From: Deltaproteobacteria bacterium
Lineage (GTDB): Bacteria; Bdellovibrionota; UBA2394
DNA: 64,000 bases
Direction: 5' to 3'
Assembly: GCA_017302715.1 (NCBI GenBank)
Contig: JAFLCD010000002.1
Location: 5,882 to 69,881 of the forward strand
The position numbers and the translations under genes were made by a program. This document shows positions 35,830 to 44,228 of the stretch, piece by piece (within the stretch, counting starts at the first letter, position 1; every line of letters begins with the position of its first letter). Under the pieces are notes generated by a model that worked only from the letters and a program-made list of their open reading frames with translations, had not been told where the DNA came from and ran no database searches.

Positions 35830-35906
35830 GTAAGGATGCTCCCTTCTTAAGGTTTTAGTTAAAGCTTTCGCTCTTGGACCTCAGCATCCCCCTAACGCAT
35901 CCTTAC
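35830..35906 (-). promoter_or_regulatory. Structured 5' leader: a 10-bp stem closes over the SD-to-start spacer of the EF-hand gene
   Basis: GTAAGGATGC (35830-39) pairs with GCATCCTTAC (35897-906). In the mRNA the 3' arm sits between GGGAG and AUG. A second GGAUGCU copy (complement of 35883-35889) offers an alternative 7-bp partner. Confidence 0.4.
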
Positions 35907-36041
35907 GACGCAGTGATCCATAAAATCATTCTATCGCTCACGAATTTATGGGGCAGAGTGCCAGCATTTATTGTCGTAAGTTGTTGATCTCGATAAGATT
36001 CAATTATTCATTAACTCATATCAATTTGGGTGAGGGGCCTT

Positions 36042-39000
36042 ATGACTCTTTCAGAATTTTCAGTTCGACGACCGGTTTTTGCATGGATGCTCATGATTGG
36101 GCTTATCGTATTCGGGGCCATTTCTTTTACAAAAATGGGAATTAGCCAACTTCCGGACGTGGATTTTCCGGTGGTTTCGGTTTCTTTAACTTATGAGGGT
36201 GCGGCACCCGAGGTCATGGAGACCGACGTTGTTGATATTGTCGAAGATGCCGTGATGTCTGTTCAAGGAATTCGTTCGGTGGCTTCTTATTCGAGATATG
36301 GAACGGCTTCGATAGCTATCGAATTTGATCTCGATCGAAATATCGATGCAGCTCTTCAAGAAGTTCAAACAAAAGTAGCACAGGCGCAAAAGCAACTTCC
36401 AAAAGAAATGGATACGCCTGTCATCACGAAGACGAATCCAGAAGACAACCCCATCATGTGGTTGACGATAGCAAGCGAGACCGTTCCTCGCGTTGAGTTG
36501 ATGCGCTATGTGCGTGATCAACTGAAAGATAAATTTACAACAGTCGCAGGTGTTGGCGACGTTATGCTCGGCGGTTATGTAGAACCGAATCTTCGTATTT
36601 GGGCATCGAATGAAAAATTGAATCAATACGAACTAACGGTGGGAGATATTTTAGACACGGTTCAGAACGAGCACTCTGAACTTCCTGCCGGACAAATTGA
36701 AACCGAGCGACGTGAGTACGATGTGCGAACGATGGGAGAGGCCAGAGGCATCGATGAATTTGGCGATATCGTTATTAGTGCAAGAGGTGGGAGGCCAAAT
36801 TATAATCCAATCGTTTTAAAAAAAGTTGCAAAGATTGAAGAGGGATTAGCAGAAGTAAGACGTATTTCTCGTTTCAACGGAAAGCCCGCTATCGGATTAG
36901 GAATAAAAAAACAGCGAGGTGTGAATGCGGTTGAAGTAGCTCACAATGTAAAAGCGAGAATGGAACAAGTTCGTTCTAACTTGCCAAAAGGAATGGAGCT
37001 CAATGTTAATTTTGATACGACAAAATTTATTGAAGAAACGGTTCATGAACTCAATTTCACTTTGATTTTATCTGCCATTTTAACGGCGCTTGTCTGTTGG
37101 CTCTTCTTAGGATCACTTTCATCGACAATCAATATTCTATTTGCCATTCCGACTTCGATTATCGGGGCATTTACCATTTTATATTTCTTTGGCTTCACTC
37201 TAAATACGTTCACCTTGCTCGGATTGAGTTTGGCGGTGGGAATCGTGGTCGACGATGCCATCATGGTTTTAGAAAATATTGTTCGGCATCAGGAGATGGG
37301 GAAAACAAAATTTCAAGCGGCGATCGATGGAGCCAATGAAATTACTTTTGCAGCAATCGCGGCGACGATTGCGATTGTTGCGATCTTTTTGCCCGTCGCT
37401 TTTATGCGAGGCGTGATAGGAAAATTCTTTTTACAATTTGGCGTCACGATGACAGTGACAGTTCTGTTGTCTCTTTTAGAGGCGCTGACGCTGACGCCCA
37501 TGAGATGTGCACAATTTGTCAGTGGCGCTAAAAATTCAAAAGCTGCCAGAAAGATGGATGCCCTTTTTGAAAAAATTTCTCGCTTTTATGAGGAATGTTT
37601 GGGGTGGGCATTGGCGCATCGAGGAAAAGTTGTCTTGGGTTCGCTTCTTATTTTTGCAGTCTCGCTTTTAAGTTTAACGAAGATCAATAAAGAATTTGTT
37701 CCGTCACAAGATCAAAGTATTTTTTTGATACGTTTGCAAACACCTGTGGATTCATCCATGGCCTATACAGATTCTAAATTTAAAATTGCAGAAGAAGTGA
37801 TGATGAAGCAGTCAGAAGTTGAAAGAATTTATGCGGCAGTTGGAGGGTTTGGCGGCGGCGAAGTCAATTCTGGAAATATATTCGTGACGATGAAGGATAA
37901 AGGTAAGCGGGGAATTCGCGATGGAGAGAAGCGCGAAATGACTCAGCAAGATTTCATGGCCTTTACTCGAAAAGAACTTTCTAAAATTCCCGAGATGAAA
38001 GTTTTTATTCAAGATCTTTCGATGCGTGGGTTCACCGCTTCAAGAGGATACCCTGTAGAATTTTCTGTGCGAGGCCCTGATTGGGACAAGTTGTCTGAAT
38101 ATTCACGTCAAATCATGGATGCGCTTCAAAAAACGGGACTCGTGACGGATCTCGATACGGACTATAAACTCGGAAAGCCTGAGGTGAGAATTATTCCGGA
38201 TCGTGAAAAGGCCGCGAGGTATGGTGTAAGTATTCGAACCATTTCAGAAGCGATTCGAGCTCTGATCGGTGGAGAAGTTTCTGGAAAATACGCAATGAAC
38301 GGACATCGCTATGATATTCGTGTTCGTTTGCAAGCCGAAGATCGTTCTCACGCTGAGCAAATTAAAAATATTTATGTTCGAAATAATCGTGGTGAGATTG
38401 TTCGATTGTCCAATGTAGTGCGTATCGAAGAAAGGGCGAGCTTACAGCAGATTGCGCGTTACGATCGAGAAAGAGCGGTCACGGTGTATTCAAATATTAA
38501 GCAAGGGCAATCTCAGCAAAAAGTTTTAGCTGAAGTTCAAGCCTTGGCGGCGCAAATTCTGCCTAATGATTATCGTTTAGTTTTGAGCGGAAGCGCGCAA
38601 ACTTTTAAAGAAAGTTTTCAAGATCTGATTTTTGCGCTGATTCTAGGAGTCTTTGTTGCTTATATGGTGCTTGGTGCACAGTTTAATTCTTTCATTCATC
38701 CCATTACAGTTTTAATTGCTCTTCCTTTTAGTTTATCGGGAGCTTTTTTAGCTTTGATGTTGATGAATTTATCTCTGAATATTTATAGCTTCATCGGCCT
38801 TATTCTTTTGATGGGTATCGTGAAGAAGAATTCAATTCTGTTAGTTGAATTTACAAATCAAGTTCGAGAAAAAGGTGAGAAAGATATTAGAAAAGCATTG
38901 CTCTATGCTTGTCCTATTCGACTGCGGCCCATCTTAATGACGTCGATCGCAACGGTTGCGGGAGCCATTCCGCCAGCTTTAGCAATTGGACCAGGAGCAG

Positions 39001-39170
39001 AAACTCGAATTCCAATGGCGGTTTGTGTAATCGGAGGAGTTTTAGTTTCGACTTTTTTAACTCTCTTTGTTGTTCCATGTGTTTATAGTTTATTTAGTCG
39101 ATTTGATTCGAATGAAAATCACGGAGGGGAAAATGAAATCCCAGCACAGACATCCACAGCGGCTCACTAA
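36042..39170 (+). CDS. RND efflux permease, AcrB/HAE1-type
   Basis: 1042 aa. The N-terminus SEFSVRRPVFAWML, the 12-TM layout and the two large porter/docking loops are typical of ACR_tran proteins. Confidence 0.95.
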   Translation: MTLSEFSVRRPVFAWMLMIGLIVFGAISFTKMGISQLPDVDFPVVSVSLTYEGAAPEVMETDVVDIVEDAVMSVQGIRSVASYSRYGTASIAIEFDLDRNIDAALQEVQTKVAQAQKQLPKEMDTPVITKTNPEDNPIMWLTIASETVPRVELMRYVRDQLKDKFTTVAGVGDVMLGGYVEPNLRIWASNEKLNQYELTVGDILDTVQNEHSELPAGQIETERREYDVRTMGEARGIDEFGDIVISARGGRPNYNPIVLKKVAKIEEGLAEVRRISRFNGKPAIGLGIKKQRGVNAVEVAHNVKARMEQVRSNLPKGMELNVNFDTTKFIEETVHELNFTLILSAILTALVCWLFLGSLSSTINILFAIPTSIIGAFTILYFFGFTLNTFTLLGLSLAVGIVVDDAIMVLENIVRHQEMGKTKFQAAIDGANEITFAAIAATIAIVAIFLPVAFMRGVIGKFFLQFGVTMTVTVLLSLLEALTLTPMRCAQFVSGAKNSKAARKMDALFEKISRFYEECLGWALAHRGKVVLGSLLIFAVSLLSLTKINKEFVPSQDQSIFLIRLQTPVDSSMAYTDSKFKIAEEVMMKQSEVERIYAAVGGFGGGEVNSGNIFVTMKDKGKRGIRDGEKREMTQQDFMAFTRKELSKIPEMKVFIQDLSMRGFTASRGYPVEFSVRGPDWDKLSEYSRQIMDALQKTGLVTDLDTDYKLGKPEVRIIPDREKAARYGVSIRTISEAIRALIGGEVSGKYAMNGHRYDIRVRLQAEDRSHAEQIKNIYVRNNRGEIVRLSNVVRIEERASLQQIARYDRERAVTVYSNIKQGQSQQKVLAEVQALAAQILPNDYRLVLSGSAQTFKESFQDLIFALILGVFVAYMVLGAQFNSFIHPITVLIALPFSLSGAFLALMLMNLSLNIYSFIGLILLMGIVKKNSILLVEFTNQVREKGEKDIRKALLYACPIRLRPILMTSIATVAGAIPPALAIGPGAETRIPMAVCVIGGVLVSTFLTLFVVPCVYSLFSRFDSNENHGGENEIPAQTSTAAH

Positions 39171-40482
39171 ATTAATTTTTTTTTCGCTTAGTTTTTTTGC
39201 GAGTTTTGAAATTTTAGCAGCCGATGAGCCAGGTGAAGTTTTAGGTTTGCGAGATTCTGTAAATCTCGCCCTTCAAAAGAATCCCATCGTTCTAGAATCG
39301 AGAGAAAAAATGAAAGAGGGAGATGCGTTAGGCATGCTCGCTTTTTCAAAAGTATTGCCAAGTATTTCAAGCACAGTTCAATTCAATCGACAAAAAGATG
39401 CTCTCAATGGAACTCGCCCCAAGTTTGAAGGCGATTCCTATAATTTTTATTCGGGTAAAGTAGAGGGCGCTCAACCTCTTTTACAAAGAGGCTATTTTTC
39501 GGCAATTTCAGCGGGCAGAAAAGAATCGCCGCTGAGAGGCTTAGATGTTGAGATCAGTGAAAGAGATTTAGTTTATAGAGTTGTTCAAAGTTTTTACACT
39601 GTCTTGTTGAATACTCATAAAATTCAGACACTTCGAAAAGCTGAAGGCCTCTACAGACAGAGTTTAGAAACTGCAGAGAGAAGAATGAAAATTGGTCGAG
39701 GTCAAAGACTCGATACCTTGCAAGCAAAAACGCAGATGGCTTTGATTAAACCCAGAATTGAAAAAGCTGAAAATGATTTAAAAACTTCGGCAGCCGAGCT
39801 TTCAAATCTTTTAGGAGATCGTCAGGCAAAATTCGTACAGATCAAGGGTAAATTGGATCCACTTCCATTTCTGAAAATCCAAGAAAAACTAACGGGAACA
39901 AAATCTAAGATTTTAGAAATTGAAAAATCGAAATTGTTTATTAGGCAAAGAGAAGATGAACAAGTTGTTACTTTAGGAAAACATTGGCCGCAATTAAATG
40001 CGGTAGGGAATGCAGAACGAAGTGGGTATAAAAAAGGAGACTTAAGTGATGACGATGCAACAGCATGGTCGGTCGGGCTTCAACTGAAGATTCCACTTTT
40101 CTCGGGGCTCTCTTATTTCTTTGAAAAAAACCAAACGAATTCTCAAATTATGCAGAATCGATTGGATGAGCAAAGACTCCGAGATGAATTTGCATTAAAG
40201 CAAGTGAAGTCGAGTCAGGATTTAGATTCTGCAGAAAGTGTTATCCGATCGTCAAAAGTAGCTTTTGATTTGGCTGAAGAATCCGTCAAAGAGGCGAAAA
40301 GCCAATATCGAGTTTCAAATATTGATTACACACAGCTGCTCACCACGGAGCAAAACTTGCAAGATTCAGAATTGGCTTATGATCAAGCTAAATACGATTA
40401 TATCGTGTCTTTGATTAATTACTTTACAGCGTGGGGCTATTCTTCCGATATTCTAGTGGAGAGTTTGGAGGATCGGGGATGA
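39133..40482 (+). CDS. TolC-family outer-membrane efflux protein
   Basis: GGAGGGG SD. Signal peptide ...ILA/AD. Two OEP repeats (LRDSVNLALQKNP..., coiled segments). It overlaps the RND gene by 38 nt. Confidence 0.85.
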   Translation: MKSQHRHPQRLTKLIFFSLSFFASFEILAADEPGEVLGLRDSVNLALQKNPIVLESREKMKEGDALGMLAFSKVLPSISSTVQFNRQKDALNGTRPKFEGDSYNFYSGKVEGAQPLLQRGYFSAISAGRKESPLRGLDVEISERDLVYRVVQSFYTVLLNTHKIQTLRKAEGLYRQSLETAERRMKIGRGQRLDTLQAKTQMALIKPRIEKAENDLKTSAAELSNLLGDRQAKFVQIKGKLDPLPFLKIQEKLTGTKSKILEIEKSKLFIRQREDEQVVTLGKHWPQLNAVGNAERSGYKKGDLSDDDATAWSVGLQLKIPLFSGLSYFFEKNQTNSQIMQNRLDEQRLRDEFALKQVKSSQDLDSAESVIRSSKVAFDLAEESVKEAKSQYRVSNIDYTQLLTTEQNLQDSELAYDQAKYDYIVSLINYFTAWGYSSDILVESLEDRG

Positions 40483-41429
40483 AAAAATATTTTTATATCT
40501 TAGGCGTGTGCGCACTCAGTGCGGGTTGCGGAGATCGAAATCTGCAAGATTATCAAAAACAAAAAGTTGCTGAAGAAATTTCGAAAATTCAACCTATCAT
40601 TGGAATTTATAGCGGCGAGATTTTGTCTAAGAGCGATCAATCTTCTGTTGGTAAGCTTACATTTCAGATCGATGCAGATAGCCGAATCAATTTATCCACC
40701 GATCAATCGACTCCAACCAGACAGGCGGTTTTAAAGGGGACACTTCAGCTAGAGAGTAATAAAAAAATAACGATTCCGTTTTCGGATGGTTATTTTGACT
40801 CTGTTACCGGAGAGTTTCAGTTGAATATTTTTATTCGTCGAAAAACTACCGATGAAGTGACGATGCAAATTAAAGGATTTTTAGTTGGAGACAGTCTCAA
40901 TGGTAATTTACAAGTTCGTGAATACCCCGAGCGAGGTGCCGTTTTTAAACTCAAAAAAATAAATGCAGATCAGATTAAGCCGAGTGTTATTTCAAAGGAC
41001 TCGTCTATATCTCCTGAGGGTGGAAAGCCAGATACTTGGATTTTTCGAGAGCCAGGCCAGAACGGTAAAGCAGACCGAATGATTAAATTTTTTATTTTTC
41101 AAGATACTCATAGTGATATTGAAGATTTTTTATCCAACTTTGTTTCTGTGAAAATTGTAGATGCTGCTGTTGATTTTAATTCGGGAGTTCAGGTTATTTT
41201 TTCGCCGAGTAAATGGGATCTTCGAACAGGAACTCTGAAAGGCGGTTACAAGGCCGAAACGAGTTCGCAGTCGATTGATATTCGTCTGGACTGCATTTCT
41301 TATTTATTAAGTGAGTATTCAAATCCAAATCAAATGAATCAGATTGGTTGGAACTGCAGATATATTAACTCTACTCGCGGCAGTGTGATGGAATGGAAGC
41401 TTTTGCCAGAGGGCGCTGAAGGAAAATAA
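40479..41429 (+). CDS. Lipoprotein of unknown function (efflux operon)
   Basis: ATGA overlap with the tolC-like stop. Lipobox LSAGC. No coiled-coil or lipoyl pattern of membrane-fusion proteins. Confidence 0.65.
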   Translation: MKKYFYILGVCALSAGCGDRNLQDYQKQKVAEEISKIQPIIGIYSGEILSKSDQSSVGKLTFQIDADSRINLSTDQSTPTRQAVLKGTLQLESNKKITIPFSDGYFDSVTGEFQLNIFIRRKTTDEVTMQIKGFLVGDSLNGNLQVREYPERGAVFKLKKINADQIKPSVISKDSSISPEGGKPDTWIFREPGQNGKADRMIKFFIFQDTHSDIEDFLSNFVSVKIVDAAVDFNSGVQVIFSPSKWDLRTGTLKGGYKAETSSQSIDIRLDCISYLLSEYSNPNQMNQIGWNCRYINSTRGSVMEWKLLPEGAEGK

Positions 41430-41431
41430 AA

Positions 41432-42112
41432 ATGTTTGCTATTAACGCATTGATTATTTTATCGACATTAGTGGCAGCGAAATCTTCTTCGAATATCCAC
41501 TCAGAAAATGAATCTTTAAAAATTGAGATTCCTTCGGCTAATGCCGAATTAATGAATCGTGATTTTAATTCATCGACAAAATCGGGTGAGCTTGAATTCT
41601 CGGCATCATCGTGGTTTCCAGAGAATTGGACGTCGGAGAGTCGAACGGGTGAGGTTTCGTATGAGCAATCCATTCCAACCTTTGGAGTTGGATTTATTTC
41701 AAAACCTTTTTCTGAAAAAATAGGATTATCTGCAGATGTTGCGGTAGGCATTTTAGAAGCTCAAAGAAAATCTGGGCAAAGTACTCAAAAATCATATTTG
41801 CTTCCTGCGCGAGTGGGATTGGAATTAGCACCCTTTCGATTTTGGAAAATCCTTCCTTTTATTCGAACATCTTTTTTACCATCGCTCATCATTTCTCATT
41901 CTTCGCCGATAGCCGAAGGTAAAACAGAATGGGCTGTTCCTTTTTCTTTTTCGAGTGGATTACAATTTCAATTTTCTAAAGAAGAATCTCAGGGGATGAA
42001 AAGACTTTTGCCTTCGGCATTTCAATTTCATTGGACGATGACTCAGGCGGTTTTAGGAAAACCGAACCTTTCAGGAATGGGCTGGGCGGGCGGATTGAGA
42101 TTTAGCCTATAA
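41432..42112 (+). CDS. Exported beta-rich protein, possible small outer-membrane barrel
   Basis: The ATG lies 2 nt after the previous stop. Signal-like N-terminus, alternating hydrophobic strands, ends ...GGLRFSL. Confidence 0.5.
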   Translation: MFAINALIILSTLVAAKSSSNIHSENESLKIEIPSANAELMNRDFNSSTKSGELEFSASSWFPENWTSESRTGEVSYEQSIPTFGVGFISKPFSEKIGLSADVAVGILEAQRKSGQSTQKSYLLPARVGLELAPFRFWKILPFIRTSFLPSLIISHSSPIAEGKTEWAVPFSFSSGLQFQFSKEESQGMKRLLPSAFQFHWTMTQAVLGKPNLSGMGWAGGLRFSL

Positions 42113-43096
42113 TTCTGTTGGACCTTTACTTGTCGCTGATTGAACAGTGATGGCTGGAGCACTGACAAATTCTTTCAATCGAATGGGGCATGGAGACACT
42201 GCGCAGTTTGAGCAATAAGCTTGAGCGCATGGATCGACGTGCGAATGAAATTCTCCTTCGATTTTTCCTTCGGAAATAATTTTGTTACAAAAATCTTCGA
42301 CGATCGCGTGAGTTTTTTTAATTTCGTAGAATTCAGGAACCACAATATGCACATCCATATGGGTGTATCGTCCGGTTCTCATACTACGAAATTCGTGTAC
42401 GGTAATAATTTCGGGTTTTCGAAATCGATTCATCAGTCCAGTTACTTTAGAAATCATATTGGGATCTTCAGAATCTAAAAGTGCGGCCGAAGATGAACGG
42501 ATAATTCTAAATCCGGTGTATCCAAGTAAAATGCCGACGAGCAGAGCAAAAATAGGATCAAGAATTTGCAAACCTGTCCATTTGACAAAAAAAAGTCCAA
42601 AAGCAATTCCTATGGTTGTATAAAAATCACTCAGCAAATGATAGCCGTCAGCTTCAACTGCTTTTGAGCGATATTTTTTTCCAGTTCGAACTAAGAAAAA
42701 TCCGAGAAATCCGTTTGCCGAACCAGCCGCTAAATTTAATATCAATCCCAAACCTAAATGATGGAGGGGATGGGGAAAAAGTATGACACGAATCGCTTCG
42801 TAAATAATAAAAAGAGAGGCGATGGTGATGAGTCCGCCTTCAAATGCTGCGGAGAAGTCTTCCATTTTTCCGTGTCCATAGGGATGGTCTTCATCTGCAG
42901 GTTTATCGGCAAATGTAATGGCATAGAGTGCGAAACAAGAAGCGATAACGTTGACTACGCTTTCGATAGCATCTGATTCTAAAGCCACTGATCCGCTGAT
43001 CCAAAAAGCGACAATTTTTACGCCGAGGATGAGAATGCTTGCAACAATAGAAATGCGTATTGCGCGCAGTCTAAATTTCTGAGAATCAGTTGCCAC
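42107..43096 (-). CDS. Cation diffusion facilitator (CDF) metal efflux protein with Cys-rich tail
   Basis: TM2 ESDAIESVVN, TM5 HLLSDFY, a cytoplasmic domain, then HSHVDPCAQAYCSNCAVSPCP. Confidence 0.9.
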   Translation of the reverse strand: MATDSQKFRLRAIRISIVASILILGVKIVAFWISGSVALESDAIESVVNVIASCFALYAITFADKPADEDHPYGHGKMEDFSAAFEGGLITIASLFIIYEAIRVILFPHPLHHLGLGLILNLAAGSANGFLGFFLVRTGKKYRSKAVEADGYHLLSDFYTTIGIAFGLFFVKWTGLQILDPIFALLVGILLGYTGFRIIRSSSAALLDSEDPNMISKVTGLMNRFRKPEIITVHEFRSMRTGRYTHMDVHIVVPEFYEIKKTHAIVEDFCNKIISEGKIEGEFHSHVDPCAQAYCSNCAVSPCPIRLKEFVSAPAITVQSATSKGPTEL

Positions 43097-43138
43097 TGAC
43101 TCTAGGATAGCATGGGCAACTTCTTTATGAGGATAAAA

Positions 43139-44032
43139 TTAAGCAGCTTTCTTCTTGGTATGTGGATTTTCGAGAAAAGTTTTTACTGTTTTTGAAATAA
43201 TCGAGATCGAATCCACTTTTAAATCTGCAATAAAATTTCCGGGAAGGTCTGTATTCTCTCTATAGAATAAATTTAGAAATGCGGAATTAGGATTCCAAGT
43301 AACCGAAGATTCAATCGTTTTTAACTGCAAACTTAAAACCATAGGATCTAAAATTCGCTCATTCGAAATGGTAAAAGTTCCCATTCGACCCATTTCTTTA
43401 TCGCCCTTATAAAGCCAAAGCTCGGCAAAAGTTTTTTCTCCGTTTGTGGAGTAGCGAACTTGATAAATCATATCGTGCTTTTGTTCGAAGTCGGCGTGAA
43501 CTTTCTGCGCCGAGGTTTCTGTGGGATATTCTCGAGCGAATGCAATCAATGCATCGTGTTTGAAAAGAGACTGAGAATTCATTTCTGGTTTGACGTAGGA
43601 ACTTGCACTGAACATAAAGTTATCTGTCTTTGCTTTCGTTGCGTGAGCAAGTTGTTCGGCATCTATAAAATTAGTCGGAGAAATTTTCATTGAATTCTCT
43701 GCGACGACTTCTGGTTTTCCTTTGGCTGCCGCTTCGGCCTGTTTTTCGGTGATGATCTGATCGAGTTGTGCGCCAAGTTCATCATTTTTAATTTTGGCGA
43801 TCACTCCATCTTGGAGCATTTCTGAATGCGCTTCGCCGACAACGCCATTATCCGTTAAATATTCTCTGGGCATTTCTTCTGTTTTTGGAGTTTCGATTTT
43901 TCGTTCTGAGGAAGGAGTGGATTTTTCAAATTCTCCGACAAACTTTAAAAAAGGAGCGCAACCCTTTTGATCAGCCGCAAAAAGAGCGGACTGATAGCTT
44001 GCCGCGATTAAAAAAAATAGAGCCATTCTCAT
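43139..44032 (-). CDS. Secreted hypothetical protein
   Basis: Signal peptide ALFFLIAASYQSALFA/AD. The start is ambiguous among GTG at 44044 and ATGs at 44038, 44032 and 44026. GAGGA lies 5 nt before 44032. Confidence 0.55.
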   Translation of the reverse strand: MRMALFFLIAASYQSALFAADQKGCAPFLKFVGEFEKSTPSSERKIETPKTEEMPREYLTDNGVVGEAHSEMLQDGVIAKIKNDELGAQLDQIITEKQAEAAAKGKPEVVAENSMKISPTNFIDAEQLAHATKAKTDNFMFSASSYVKPEMNSQSLFKHDALIAFAREYPTETSAQKVHADFEQKHDMIYQVRYSTNGEKTFAELWLYKGDKEMGRMGTFTISNERILDPMVLSLQLKTIESSVTWNPNSAFLNLFYRENTDLPGNFIADLKVDSISIISKTVKTFLENPHTKKKAA

Positions 44033-44228
44033 ACGCATCCTCACTTCATAGAAATTTCAGTCATTTTCTAAAGAGCAATTTCCATGCCGCCCGTGTCCCG
44101 GCTTAAGCCATTGATATTATTAAGATATTTTACAGGGGACGGAGCAGCTCCGAAATGGTTTGCGCAGTTTAAAGAAGCATATCAAGGAGATAGTTTATTT
44201 TTCAAGTGCTGGGTAATTTATAAAACTT

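Noticed and set aside
36186-36626. 146-aa minus-strand ORF inside the RND permease gene. Similar short antisense ORFs occur at 37043-37501 and 37812-38012.
   Set aside because: They are antisense to an unambiguous AcrB-type gene, so these are chance open frames.
44024-44044. The MRMRMRM start (GTG AGG ATG CGT ATG AGA ATG), considered as a repeat element or slippery site.
   Set aside because: It is just three closely spaced in-frame ATGs ahead of a normal signal peptide. This is start-codon ambiguity, not a repeat.
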